This document shows positions 8,781-19,900 of a DNA stretch of 64,000 nt, piece by piece. The stretch's first letter is position 1. Each line of letters opens with the position of its first letter. This DNA comes from Minisyncoccota bacterium (GTDB taxonomy: Bacteria > Patescibacteriota > Minisyncoccia > Phycocordibacterales > UBA1006), in assembly GCA_022763365.1 (NCBI GenBank), contig JALEGN010000007.1:24665-88664 (forward strand). The letters run 5' to 3'. The position numbers and the translations under genes were made by a program. A model generated the notes under the pieces. That model searched no databases, was not told where the DNA came from, and saw only the letters and a list, made by a program, of their open reading frames with translations.

Positions 8781-10688
8781 TTATCGAATAGTTGAATCAT
8801 TATCATCTAATACTTTTTCAATCTTTTTCATTTCAATAAGCACTTCTTCATCGGTAAGTGTTCTTGCGCTTGATTGAAATACTAATGAAAATCCATACGA
8901 TACGTCACCATCTTTTTCAAAGGTATCAAAGCAAAATACTTTTTGTAGCAAATCAGATGATGAGTCTTTAATTAATACTGATAGTTCTGACTTATCTAAT
9001 GATCCATGATGCCAAAACGAGATATCTCGAGTGACATATGGGTATGCTGAAAATTCATGGAAAACGGCATTTGTTCCGTAGCTTGCCCTAGAGAAAATAT
9101 CACCATACTCAGCTTTTGGACCTATGTTAACATCAGCAAGATTAAAGCTTACTGAGTTTTGTTCATAATGAACATCAAACTCGACACCAAAATAATCATA
9201 GAGTTCATGAATACAAGACTCTAAGGCAGCACGTTCAGTTCCATATTTTTTATTTGCTTTCTTGTCTTTGTTTGAAATAGCAATACAACAAATATTTTCT
9301 TCAGAATCTTTGGTATAAACACGCCCTATTTCAAACACACAGATTCTTTCTAAACCAAAATAATCAATATTCTTAGTGTTGTTTTCAAGAGCACCAAGTA
9401 CTCCCTGGTAAAGATTTTTTCGAAGAGCAGACTTATCATTTGCTAAGGCATTTTTAACATAACGATGTCCTTTTTTAACAAAACTATAGGTCTTAATTTC
9501 AGAGAATCCTCGCTCTGTTAAAAAGTTTTTGAGGGTATTTTCTATATAGGTTTCAGTATGAACCGCCGGAGTAAAAGAATACTCATCAAGATGTTTAATA
9601 GGAATATTATGGTATCCATAAATACGACCAATTTCTTCTATTAAATCTTCTGGTGCCAGAAGGTCTAATCTATCAAAAGGTATTGCTACATCATATATTC
9701 CATCTTTAGTAGTATATTGATAATCCAGTTTCGTAAAAATATTTTCAACCTCTAATGGTTCTAAATCAATTCCTAAGAGTGAACAAATATGAATATGCTC
9801 TACATTAACTCGGTGCTCTTCCTCTTTATTTGGATAAACGTCCACCACAACGCCAAGAGATTCAGTAGACATGATATCACTGATTAATCGTGATACTGCC
9901 TCCATAGCTTTAGGAGACAACTCTGAACTAATTTCATTTTCAAAACGTTTCGAAGAATCGGTTAAGATTTTTACTCGCCGTGAAGTTATTCTTGTTGTTG
10001 TTGGATTAAAATTTGCTACTTCAAGAATTATATTTTTAGTTTCTTGAGTAACCTCTGCAGCTTGGCTACCTTTAATGCCAGCTAAAGCAAGAATCTTTTC
10101 TTCATCAGCAATAACCAAATCTTCTTCTTGAAGTTCAATCTCTTCACCACTGAGAGTAATCATTTTTTCCCCTTGTTTTGCATTCCGCACCTGGATATCT
10201 CCTGAAACCTTATCAGCATCAAAAGCATGCATAGGATTTCCGTAATCAAACATCACATAATTTGTTGCATCAACAATGTTATTAATAGTTTTTTGACCAA
10301 TTGATTCTAAACGCTCTTTAAGCCAACTTGGTGAATCAGTAACCTCTACATTATTAATAACACGTGTCATGTAGCGTGAGCATTGATCAGGATTATTAAT
10401 ATGTGCATGTTTTGAACTATCACTGTATTGTATACTGCCGTGGTAATGATAGCGTTCTTTGATATATTCTTTTCCGGTCAAAGCAGCATATTCTCTTGCT
10501 ATTCCTCGATACGACAAACAATCATGTGCACGATTAGGAAGAACATCGATATCAATAATGACATCGTTATCTCTATATTCAATTGCTTCAAGCTCAAAAG
10601 AATGCAACATTAACGTTTCTGCAATTTCTTCTGCATTTGGTAATTCATCTTCAAAATAACTTTGAAGCCAATTTCGTGATACTAACAT
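8781..10688 (-). CDS. pheT: phenylalanine--tRNA ligase beta subunit (shortened form, 635 aa)
   Basis: Canonical PheT N-terminus MLVSRNWLQSYF..., B3/4 and B5 regions and a C-terminal catalytic-like domain. It sits immediately downstream of pheS. Confidence 0.9.
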   Translation of the reverse strand: MLVSRNWLQSYFEDELPNAEEIAETLMLHSFELEAIEYRDNDVIIDIDVLPNRAHDCLSYRGIAREYAALTGKEYIKERYHYHGSIQYSDSSKHAHINNPDQCSRYMTRVINNVEVTDSPSWLKERLESIGQKTINNIVDATNYVMFDYGNPMHAFDADKVSGDIQVRNAKQGEKMITLSGEEIELQEEDLVIADEEKILALAGIKGSQAAEVTQETKNIILEVANFNPTTTRITSRRVKILTDSSKRFENEISSELSPKAMEAVSRLISDIMSTESLGVVVDVYPNKEEEHRVNVEHIHICSLLGIDLEPLEVENIFTKLDYQYTTKDGIYDVAIPFDRLDLLAPEDLIEEIGRIYGYHNIPIKHLDEYSFTPAVHTETYIENTLKNFLTERGFSEIKTYSFVKKGHRYVKNALANDKSALRKNLYQGVLGALENNTKNIDYFGLERICVFEIGRVYTKDSEENICCIAISNKDKKANKKYGTERAALESCIHELYDYFGVEFDVHYEQNSVSFNLADVNIGPKAEYGDIFSRASYGTNAVFHEFSAYPYVTRDISFWHHGSLDKSELSVLIKDSSSDLLQKVFCFDTFEKDGDVSYGFSLVFQSSARTLTDEEVLIEMKKIEKVLDDNDSTIR

Positions 10689-10690
10689 AA

Positions 10691-11416
10691 TTACTTGTTA
10701 TCTTGATTATCTGAGTAAATAGCATCATGGAGTTTTAAATCTCCTTGATACATGAGGCGGATATCTTTAATACCGTATTTCATCATCGTTAATCTATCGA
10801 TACCAACTCCAAAGGCAAAGCCAGAATATTCTTCAGGATCAATACCAACATTCTTTAGTACATTTGGATGCACCATTCCAGCACCTAGAACTTCCATCCA
10901 TGTATCACCAAATTTTAAGTCAATTTCAATCCCCGGTTCAACAAAGGGAAAATATCCAGGTCTAAAACGAAATTCAATAGGACGTCCATAATATTTTTGT
11001 AGAAAAGTCTCAAGGGTTCCCTTTAGATGAGCCAATGAAATACCTTTTCCAACAACTAAACCTTCAACTTGATAAAATTGAGCCTCATGTGTTCTATCAG
11101 TTGCCTCTTGCCTGAATACTTTTCCTGGAGCGATAATTTTAAATGGAAATTCCTTGCCTGATTTTACAAACTCTTCCATAAAGCGAATTTGAACTGATGA
11201 GGTGTGCGTTCTCAAAACAGTATCTTCTTTTTTAAGAAAGAAAGTATCTTGCATATCACGTGCAGGATGATTTTTGGGAACGTTCAATGCGTCAAAATTA
11301 TGCCACTGATCTTCGATATGAGGGCCATCTGCAATTTCAAATCCCATATCAACAAAAATTTGAGATATGGTTCGAATGGTTTCTGAAAGTGGATGTAATT
11401 TTCCTTTAGTATTCAT
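10691..11416 (-). CDS. pheS: phenylalanine--tRNA ligase alpha subunit (minimal 241-aa form)
   Basis: Class II motifs FRPGYFPFVEPGIEID and GAGMVHPNVL. The N-terminal coiled-coil extension is absent. Confidence 0.9.
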   Translation of the reverse strand: MNTKGKLHPLSETIRTISQIFVDMGFEIADGPHIEDQWHNFDALNVPKNHPARDMQDTFFLKKEDTVLRTHTSSVQIRFMEEFVKSGKEFPFKIIAPGKVFRQEATDRTHEAQFYQVEGLVVGKGISLAHLKGTLETFLQKYYGRPIEFRFRPGYFPFVEPGIEIDLKFGDTWMEVLGAGMVHPNVLKNVGIDPEEYSGFAFGVGIDRLTMMKYGIKDIRLMYQGDLKLHDAIYSDNQDNK

Positions 11417-11510
11417 AGGAATAAGTGTACCTCAAATGAATTCTTTGTTAAGAAAGTTGACATAAACTAATAATTATGATATTAATTTATAGAATAAAAA
11501 TACTGTAATT

Positions 11511-11726
11511 ATGACAACTTCACAACTTAAAACCCTTGGACACACCGGAATTATTATTCTTTTGATAACACTTACACTTATCGCAGCTGCATCTGTTTCA
11601 ATTGGAGATATCTGGTCAGCCGAAATATTTATGATAACCATGTTGATTCTTGATTTCTGGTATTTCACGAAATACAAAGAAAAAGTGAGAAAAATACTGA
11701 TGGCTGTTGATAAAGTCTTTGGCTAA
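11511..11726 (+). CDS. small membrane protein (2 TM), hypothetical
   Basis: 71-aa ORF with two hydrophobic helices, followed by a hairpin terminator at about 11741-11770. Confidence 0.3.
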   Translation: MTTSQLKTLGHTGIIILLITLTLIAAASVSIGDIWSAEIFMITMLILDFWYFTKYKEKVRKILMAVDKVFG

Positions 11727-11765
11727 TCACAATTAAATAAAAACACCCTTTATCAAAGGGGTTTT

Positions 11766-13205
11766 TTATTTCAACATTTCTGTAAAAATCTCTGTAAGTA
11801 TTTTAGGGTTTCCTGAACCTTTTGTTTCTTTCATAGCCATTCCAACAAAGAATTTCATCAAGGTATCCTTACCAGCAATGAATTCTTTTACTTGTTCTGG
11901 ATGTTCAGCAATAATTTTTTGAACGACAGCTTTCATAGCTTCTGGATCATTATCTTGTTTTAACCCAAGTTTTTCAGCTAATTCCTCTGGTCCTTTTTTC
12001 AAAACAATCATTTTGAAAAGAATATCTTTAGCTCCACGTGAACCTAAGGTTCCATCGCTCACCATAGTAATCAATTTTGCAAAATCTTCTGAACTCAATT
12101 CATCCCATACGTTTTTTGTATAATTCTCAAATTCTTTTGATTTCATAATTCCTACAATATCTGAAGTGATGTAGTTAGAGGCTGTTTGGAGTAGCTCCTC
12201 TTCCTCATCTTTAAGATAGAAGGCGGTGTTTTCAAAGAAATACGCCATCCATGGAGTATGAATATAAACCTCAATATCTTGATCTTTAATACCATATTCC
12301 TTTTTCAATCGTTTACGTTTTGCATCTGGAAGCTCTGGTAACGATTCCTTCATCTGCTCTAGGTCAAAAATTTCATGCAAATAGAGTTTTGGTAAATCTG
12401 GCTCTGGAAAATAACGATAATCTTTAGCATTTTCTTTTGAGCGTTGTGAGAAGGTAATTTCTTTTTGATCATCCCAGCCACGAGTTTCTTGAACAAGCTC
12501 TTCCCCATTTTCAAGTGCTTCAATTTGCCTTTTAATTTCAAATTCAGTAGCTTTTCCAGCTGCTGAAATTGATCCTATATTTTTCACTTCGACTTTAGTT
12601 CCTAATTCTTTTGTTTTAGAAACTGATAAGTTTACCTCAACACGCATTTCTCCTTTTTCGATATTTGCATCCCCTGCCTCAAGATAACGAAGGAGTAATT
12701 GTAACTCACGAGCAAACTTCATAACATCATCTGAACTATGTAGAACCGGTTCGGTTACCAATTCCATCAGTGGTGCTCCAGCTCGGTTGTAATCAACTAG
12801 TGAATGATCATCAAAGTGTTTTGATGTAGCAGTATCTTCTTCAAGGTGGATACGGGTTAGCTCAAATCCTGCTAGTTTACCACCAGAGACAATAGGATAT
12901 TTATATTGAGAAATTTGATATCCTTTTGGAATATCAGGATAGAAATAATTCTTTCGATCAAACTCAGTGAAATTTGCGATATCACCATCAACTGCAAGCC
13001 CAATGCGAACCATATGTTCAACCGCCTTTTTATTTATCGTTGGCAAGGTTCCAGGATGAGCCATATCAATAGGAGAAATATTTTGATTTTGACCAGCATG
13101 ATGAGGGTCATTTAAAGACCGTGAAAACATTTTTGTTGTCGTTTTCAAATGAGCATGTATTTCTAGTCCAATCGTAGCCGTGTAGCCTTTCATATCTATA
13201 TTCAT
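11766..13205 (-). CDS. gatB: Asp/Glu-tRNA(Asn/Gln) amidotransferase subunit B
   Basis: GatB N-terminus (...TIGLEIHAHL), a conserved core and the C-terminal GatB/YqeY domain. The start is placed at an internal Met (MNIDMKGY...). Confidence 0.9.
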   Translation of the reverse strand: MNIDMKGYTATIGLEIHAHLKTTTKMFSRSLNDPHHAGQNQNISPIDMAHPGTLPTINKKAVEHMVRIGLAVDGDIANFTEFDRKNYFYPDIPKGYQISQYKYPIVSGGKLAGFELTRIHLEEDTATSKHFDDHSLVDYNRAGAPLMELVTEPVLHSSDDVMKFARELQLLLRYLEAGDANIEKGEMRVEVNLSVSKTKELGTKVEVKNIGSISAAGKATEFEIKRQIEALENGEELVQETRGWDDQKEITFSQRSKENAKDYRYFPEPDLPKLYLHEIFDLEQMKESLPELPDAKRKRLKKEYGIKDQDIEVYIHTPWMAYFFENTAFYLKDEEEELLQTASNYITSDIVGIMKSKEFENYTKNVWDELSSEDFAKLITMVSDGTLGSRGAKDILFKMIVLKKGPEELAEKLGLKQDNDPEAMKAVVQKIIAEHPEQVKEFIAGKDTLMKFFVGMAMKETKGSGNPKILTEIFTEMLK

Positions 13206-13245
13206 ACTTTTGATTCTATAGTAAGAATCAGCTAAACTCAATCAT

Positions 13246-13605
13246 TTGACATATCATCAAAGAATAGTAATTTTATATATGAATATAAAATGTATATACA
13301 TGACAACTAGATTACATCATCAAATTTTATTTAAAGAAAAGTCTAATGGACTTGTAACTTTGTATGTATTCCCTATCGGTACCAAAAAAAATCTTATAAA
13401 AGAAGTTATTGAAGGAAGCCTTAATGACTACACCCACGAACAAAAATGTATCTCAGAGGTATTACTCCAAGAGCAGCACAAAAATATTCGTGATAAATCA
13501 GGAGTAGTAGCAAGTGGTGGAAAAAACCCTTATCGTTTAATCAATAATCTGCTACCAAAAGAATTTAACGCTATCCTTGAAGGTAAAAAAATTAAACGAG
13601 ATTAA
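13246..13605 (+). CDS. hypothetical protein
   Basis: 119-aa ORF with no recognisable motif. Its terminator hairpin overlaps the 3' end of obg. Confidence 0.3.
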   Translation: MTYHQRIVILYMNIKCIYMTTRLHHQILFKEKSNGLVTLYVFPIGTKKNLIKEVIEGSLNDYTHEQKCISEVLLQEQHKNIRDKSGVVASGGKNPYRLINNLLPKEFNAILEGKKIKRD

Positions 13606-13629
13606 AAATCCCATATCAAAAAACCAAGG

Positions 13630-14625
13630 CTATTCTTGGTTTTCTTTTTTTTCTGACTCTAGATATTGAGTAAGAATATCTTTGAATGATTTGATACTAT
13701 CTTCATCATAAGCCGTCATAGTGTAGACCATATCGTGCCCTACATAGTCTTTGAATTGTTTGAGGACCTTATCTATTTCAGTAGCATCAACCATATCATT
13801 TTTAGAGAGTAAGATGATTTCACTTTTGATATCGAGCCCTTCTCCATATTCTTCAATTTCTTTTCGAATAGTTTTGTAATCTTCTAGAGGATGCTCTGAA
13901 TCCAAGCCTACTAAATGAACGAGTGCTTTTGTCCTTCTGATATGACGCAGGAATTTATGCCCAAGACCTTTTCCAGCTGATGCTCCTTCAATGATTCCAG
14001 GAATATCAGCAAGAACATATCCATGCATTGCTCCTAGATGTGGATCAAGGGTTGTAAAATGGTAGGCACCAACTTTTGATTTTGCATTCGTTAGAGCATT
14101 TAAGAGTGTTGATTTCCCTGCACTTGGTAAGCCAATAAATCCAACATCAGCAAAAAGTCTCAATTCAACATCAAAGGTTGCTTCCTCACCAGGTGTTCCT
14201 GGTGTCCATTCCATTGGTGTGGTGTTGGTTGAAGATTTAAAATGTTCATTACCAAGTCCTCCACGACCACCTTTTAAGATACAAGTACGTTCACCAATAT
14301 CACCTAATTCAAATTCTTGGCCAGTTTCAAGATTTTTAAGAACCGTTCCACGTGGAAATTTAAGGGTCAAATCTGAACCATTTTTTCCTTCTTTACCATT
14401 GTTTCCACCTGGATCACCATGTTCAGCTTTAAACTTCTTAGACCGAGTGTAGTAATCAAGGTAAGCTAAATCAGCAACAACCTCAGCATAGACGTCACCA
14501 CCGTCACCACCGTCACCACCTCCTGGTCCGTTTAAAGGTCTATATTTTTCTCTTCGCCAACGTACAACTCCATCACCTCCGTTTCCAGCGCTAATCTGTA
14601 ATTGGACTTCGTCAATAAATGCCAT
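13630..14625 (-). CDS. obg: GTPase Obg/CgtA
   Basis: Gly-rich Obg fold (SAGNGGDGVVRWRREKY...GGGDGGDGGDVY) followed by a G domain with GLPSAGKST, DIPG and SKND motifs. The C-terminal extension is absent. Confidence 0.9.
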   Translation of the reverse strand: MAFIDEVQLQISAGNGGDGVVRWRREKYRPLNGPGGGDGGDGGDVYAEVVADLAYLDYYTRSKKFKAEHGDPGGNNGKEGKNGSDLTLKFPRGTVLKNLETGQEFELGDIGERTCILKGGRGGLGNEHFKSSTNTTPMEWTPGTPGEEATFDVELRLFADVGFIGLPSAGKSTLLNALTNAKSKVGAYHFTTLDPHLGAMHGYVLADIPGIIEGASAGKGLGHKFLRHIRRTKALVHLVGLDSEHPLEDYKTIRKEIEEYGEGLDIKSEIILLSKNDMVDATEIDKVLKQFKDYVGHDMVYTMTAYDEDSIKSFKDILTQYLESEKKENQE

Positions 14626-14681
14626 AATAATACTAGTGTATGGTGAGCTGATAATTTTGCAAGAAAAAACACCTTTCGGTG

Positions 14682-15605
14682 TTATTCTGCATCAAGTGCT
14701 AATTTAGCAAGCTTATGAGCTCCTTCTTTAGATGCAGCGACCGCCATCCATAAAGCGTTGTGACAAAATAGAGCGTCCTCTACACCAGTCTCTTGAGCTA
14801 ATTCCTTGCCCCGTTTTCCTCCCCAGCTCGTTGGTAGCGATTTTCTATTTTCAAAAGAGCAGGCTTCTTTTCGCATCGCGAGTGCTTTCCAGTTTGTATT
14901 ACTTTTACACACAATAAACATAACCTCTTTATGTTTATCTAAGACCCTAATAAGTGACCCAACCGTTACATGGTATGGAATTTCAAGAATTGTTTTATCC
15001 TCTGCCGTATCATAGATATCTTGTATCATCGTCAACATTTCAAGCCGGTGACCTGATCGCTCAATCTCACGTTTAAGAATATTCTTAAAAAAATGAACAA
15101 GTGAAATAAATTTTTCTAACTGACATTTGGTATTACCTGCTTCTTTCCAGGTATTTTGGTAGGCTCCGATAATTCCATAAATACCATAATCACACAGACC
15201 ACTTTCAGTTGGTTCACTGATACTAATACCATTATCGATAGCATCAATTGGTTGAGCAATACGACGATCTATATCTGTGAAAATATCATTATCATTAACC
15301 AATAAGGGTCCAAATTTTTTCCAAACTAGACCAAATGAAGCGTAAGGGATTCCATTATCTCGCTTACCTGCACCACCTGGTTGATGGTGATCAAAACGAT
15401 TGTCTTCTGGATTATCAATCCCACCTACATCAACAACATAATCAGCTTTATTTATAATAACCTCATCACGTGTTCGTATAATTTTATATCCTAAACCTTG
15501 TTTCTCAAGATAGAGTCCTAAAACAGCGCAGGCAAATATATCATCTGCGTGAAAAGAACCATTATGAACAACAATGGTTTTTTTTCTTTGTAAAAACTTA
15601 AACAT
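14682..15605 (-). CDS. MYG1/UPF0160-family metal-dependent hydrolase
   Basis: N-terminal HNGSFHADD signature plus the DHH-like DVGG...DHH motif. Confidence 0.65.
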   Translation of the reverse strand: MFKFLQRKKTIVVHNGSFHADDIFACAVLGLYLEKQGLGYKIIRTRDEVIINKADYVVDVGGIDNPEDNRFDHHQPGGAGKRDNGIPYASFGLVWKKFGPLLVNDNDIFTDIDRRIAQPIDAIDNGISISEPTESGLCDYGIYGIIGAYQNTWKEAGNTKCQLEKFISLVHFFKNILKREIERSGHRLEMLTMIQDIYDTAEDKTILEIPYHVTVGSLIRVLDKHKEVMFIVCKSNTNWKALAMRKEACSFENRKSLPTSWGGKRGKELAQETGVEDALFCHNALWMAVAASKEGAHKLAKLALDAE

Positions 15606-15659
15606 ACCTCCAGTATAGCCTCAAATAAAAATACAATCAAAAAAGCACATAATCATGTA

Positions 15660-16277
15660 CTATTTTTCTGCAATCCAATAATCTGGAATTTCTGGGCAAG
15701 GACCTTCTCCACCTGATTGATCTTGCTCACACCAGTCATAGAGTGAATCATTAAGAAAGACTTCAACTCGATGTATAGAATCAAACTGTAATGCCGCACG
15801 GATTATTTGTTCACGTACCTCAGGTAAGGAGCAATGACCAGGTCCATAGAGACTACCTGTTAAATACACGTAGCCAATACCATCATTTAATTCAATCCTA
15901 TCGAAGTTTAATTGTGTATAGAACCCAAGAGGATTTCTTAATTCTTCATCTGGAAATTCAGATTCCGCCTTTATATCAAAAAGGAGTTTAAAAGTTGACG
16001 TGATTGGATTATTTGAATATGACAATACATGAGGACTCATAACAATTTCTGCACCGCAACCAAATTCCTCACCGTTTTGAACTAATGGTAAATACAGCCG
16101 CTCGAAACTAATTCCTTCTTCAATAAGACTTCCGTCACAAAATTCTCCTATACAGAAAAATTTTGTTGGTTTTCGTTCTTGAGAGTGAAAAATAATTAAT
16201 TCATGAATTGCCAAGACAACTGAAACTGCTGCAATAATACCAAGAAAAATAATAGCAATTTTCTTTTTCATAACCAT
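15660..16277 (-). CDS. hypothetical membrane-anchored protein (possible GerMN-like domain)
   Basis: N-terminal TM anchor. The extracytoplasmic domain has several Cys and a weak GerMN-like pattern. Confidence 0.35.
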   Translation of the reverse strand: MVMKKKIAIIFLGIIAAVSVVLAIHELIIFHSQERKPTKFFCIGEFCDGSLIEEGISFERLYLPLVQNGEEFGCGAEIVMSPHVLSYSNNPITSTFKLLFDIKAESEFPDEELRNPLGFYTQLNFDRIELNDGIGYVYLTGSLYGPGHCSLPEVREQIIRAALQFDSIHRVEVFLNDSLYDWCEQDQSGGEGPCPEIPDYWIAEK

Positions 16278-16309
16278 AAGTATATCAAAAAACAGAGATT
16301 ATATCTCTG

Positions 16310-16885
16310 TTATTTAACGAAGAAAATATGAATCGGTTTAATAATATTTGCGGTAATATTTTTAAACTGAAGAATACTCAAACAGGTTTTTTCACTATAA
16401 TTCTCAGGTTGTATTACAAGATATGATGCTTCAGGTTGATTAGAAACAGTTAATACATCAAGATCTCCTTGATTTTTAATATCATCTTGAAGTTGATCAG
16501 AAGATGCATCCCCTTTATAGCTACACGCGTCAAACTTATCAGCTATATTATTTAAATAAAACATTCCAACAACAAAAGGTTTCTTCATCGCATCTACAAT
16601 TCCTGAAGAACTTGATGATGAGTTAGTTGCTGCTCGAGAATTTTTTGCTGCTTCATTTGAAGCTTGGTTTGAGAATGATTCTGTTAATGGGGTATCTAAA
16701 ACATATTCTTCTCCATCAATAACTTCTCGATATTCTTTTTCTTCCGTTGGTTCCCAATAATCGTTATATGAACTATTATTAAACCAATAAATTCCTGTAC
16801 CAATAAGAAGTACTCCCGCAAGAGCCGTAGCAATATAATTCCATTTCATATATTTAAAATATACAATTAATTTAAGAAATTTCAA
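16310..16885 (-). CDS. hypothetical membrane-anchored protein
   Basis: 191-aa ORF with an N-terminal TM and a Ser-rich linker. Confidence 0.35.
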   Translation of the reverse strand: MKFLKLIVYFKYMKWNYIATALAGVLLIGTGIYWFNNSSYNDYWEPTEEKEYREVIDGEEYVLDTPLTESFSNQASNEAAKNSRAATNSSSSSSGIVDAMKKPFVVGMFYLNNIADKFDACSYKGDASSDQLQDDIKNQGDLDVLTVSNQPEASYLVIQPENYSEKTCLSILQFKNITANIIKPIHIFFVK

Positions 16886-16887
16886 TA

Positions 16888-16917
16888 AAAAAACAACTTA
16901 GACAAGTTGTTTTTTTA
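16888..16917. terminator. bidirectional intrinsic terminator after leuS
   Basis: AAAAAAACAACTT-AGAC-AAGTTGTTTTTTT. Confidence 0.55.
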
Positions 16918-16926
16918 TTGGTCAAA

Positions 16927-19900
16927 TTACCCAACAACAAGGTTAATAATCTTTCCAGGAACATGAATAAATTTTCTAATACTTTTCCCTTCTATCCATT
17001 TTTGTATTTCAGGCAATGCAATAACACGACCTTGGAGTAATTCATTATCTTCATCTTCTTGAACAACAATCTGTGCTCGAACTTTTCCATTAATTTGAAC
17101 TGGAAGAGCCTTTAGATTTGATGAAATTTTTGATTCATCTGCTATTGGAAAAGATTCTGTATGAATTGATGACTTATTATTTTGCATCCATAGATCCTCA
17201 CACATATGTGGTGCAAATGGAGCAAGAATTTGAATTAATAGGTCATAATCTGACCGGGAAATACTCTCAGATTTTTCAGCCTTGTTAACAAAGGTCATCA
17301 TTGATGAAATAGCTGTATTGAGTTTCAGTCGTTGGATATCTTCACCTACTTTCTTAATTGTTTGATGAAGATCTGACTGTAATTCTTCTGGTGTTATATC
17401 GCTAATCTTTTCCTGTAGTCGCCAAACGCGGTCCAAAAATCGACGGACTCCAACAACACCATTTGGATCCCATGGATAATTCCCTGGTTCGTTAAATGGA
17501 CCAATAAAGGCTAGGTACATTCGGACTGTGTCAGCTCCTACGTGCGCTACTACTTCGTCAGGATCAATCACATTTCCTTTTGATTTCGACATCTTTGCTC
17601 CATCTGGACCAAGGATAAGCCCACGATTTAATCGGCCCTTATAAGGTTCATTATCTGGTACATAGCCGAGTTTATGTAATGCCTTTACCCAAAAACGTGA
17701 ATACAAGAGGTGCATGGTGGTATGTTCTGCCCCACCAAAATACATATTAACCGGCATCCATGAATTTAATGATTCACTAGATGCAAATTGTTCATCATTT
17801 TGATTATCAAGATAACGATAGAAATACCATGATGAATCAACAAAGGTATCCATGGTATCTACCTCAGGAGTCCAACCCACGCCAAATATTTTTTCAGTTC
17901 GTTCTTTTAATTCTTTTGATCGAGCTAAAGGTGCCGTTCCATCAGGAGTAAAATCAACATCATCAGGTAATACCCATGGTAAATGTTCTTTTGGAATTGA
18001 ATGTGCATTTCCTTCTGGATCATACACAATTGGAATTGGGCAACCCCAATATCGTTGACGTGAAATTCCCCAATCACGTAAGCGATAGGTTTTAGCCATT
18101 TCACCTCCCACCATTTCAGTAATTATTCTTCGAGCTTCTTCAGAGTTTTTAGTATTTACCTCTTCGTTTCCATTAATAACCTTTCCTTCAAAAGTACAGC
18201 AAAATCGTTTCCCTTCAGGTAATACTCCACCTTGATCGTGGACTTCAGCTAAGAAATCATACATAGCATTCCATTCTGCATTAATCTCTTCCTGACTACC
18301 CTTTTTCTCAGTAACTCCAGCTGATTGAATAAAAGCATTCTCTCCTGAGGTTATAAGTGGTCTTGAGACCCCAGGTTCACCAGCCGATGGCAGACAAACA
18401 AATTTAAATGGTAAATCATATTTAATAGCAAATTCAGCATCCCGCTCATCATGTGCTGGAACTGCCATAACGGCTCCGGTTCCAAAATGTGCTAATACAT
18501 AATCTGCAATCCATACTGTAATAGGTTTTCCTGTTGCGGGATTAATTGCCTCGATACCCTTCAGCTCTACACCAGTTTTTTCTTTTGACTGTTGCCTGTC
18601 GAGATCTGATTTTTTCTCAACTTCTTTTAAATATGTTTCAACCTCATCCCAATTGTTAACTTGAGATTTTAAATTCTGAACCATGTCGTGCTCTGGAGCG
18701 AGAACAAGGTAGGTCGCACCAAATAAAGTATCTGCTCGAGTGGTAAACACTTTTACATCATCAAATTTTTGTATGTTAGCAGAGACAACTCGCCACGGAT
18801 AGCGCATATCCTCACGTTTTAGGAAGTCATTAACCTCAAGTCGTGGGATCCATAAAAAGTCTGCGATAGCTTGTTCTTCAGGGCTTCGTGCTACTTGTTC
18901 TAGGTCTTTTAGTTTTACATGCACAATTCGATAATTTGCGCGTCTGTTTTGTTGTTTAACAACATGCCAAAATAGTCCGTGTGATGATTGGTCATAAACT
19001 TTTATAATTTCTGGATTCTGATATCCGGTTTCCTCTCGAACTTCAGAGAGTGCTGTTTCTTCAATACTCATACCATCCTCAATTCCTCCGGTTACGAATC
19101 CTTGCCAATCTACCTGTTTCCATCTAGCACATAAGAATTCATCTTTTTCAGGATGCTCAATAATAACGACAACGTTATCTCGATCAACAATTTCTTCGCC
19201 TTCACGAAAGGCATCATCACCTGGACCAGTATTAACATCATAGACCTCTGATTCTTGAATCTTAAACGGAATTAATGAACCTTCTTTACGTCCGATCCAT
19301 TCACGTTGAGCGGCCTTAATTGAATGATCCCAATCTAGGTTTTCTAAATCATCATGGAGTTCATCAGCAAAATCAGTAATCTTGAGCATCCATTGCGCCA
19401 TATCTTTTTGTACTACCTCTGCTCCTGATCGCTCTGATCGCCCATTAATGACTTGTTCATTAGCTAGAATTGTTTTATCAACCGGATCCCAGTTTACCTT
19501 TGTAATATCTTTATAAACTAAGTCATTTTTATAAAACTTGATAAACATCCATTGAGTCCATTTGTAGTATTCAGGATCAGATGTCGCCAGCGTCCGCGAC
19601 CAATCAAAACTTGCCCCCATAGAACGTAATTGATTACGCATATAATCCATATTTTCATAGGTCCATTTTCGTGGATCAAGACCTCGCTTAATAGCTGCAT
19701 TTTCAGCAGGTAAACCAAAAGAATCAAAGCCCATTGGATACAGAACATTATATCCACTCATTCGCTTATACCGAGCGTAAATATCAGGTACTGCAAAAGC
19801 ATACCAATGCCCAACATGCAGGTTACCTGACGGGTAGGCAAATTCTGAAAGAGCATAGAAGTTTTCTTTTCCCTCTACCTTATTTTCTACTTTATAAGTA

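Noticed and set aside
18754-19260. LeuRS insert as an intein
   Set aside because: It has no Cys/Ser at the N-terminal junction and no His-Asn at the C-terminal junction, and no homing-endonuclease or Hint motifs. The sequence instead shows Nudix-fold signatures.
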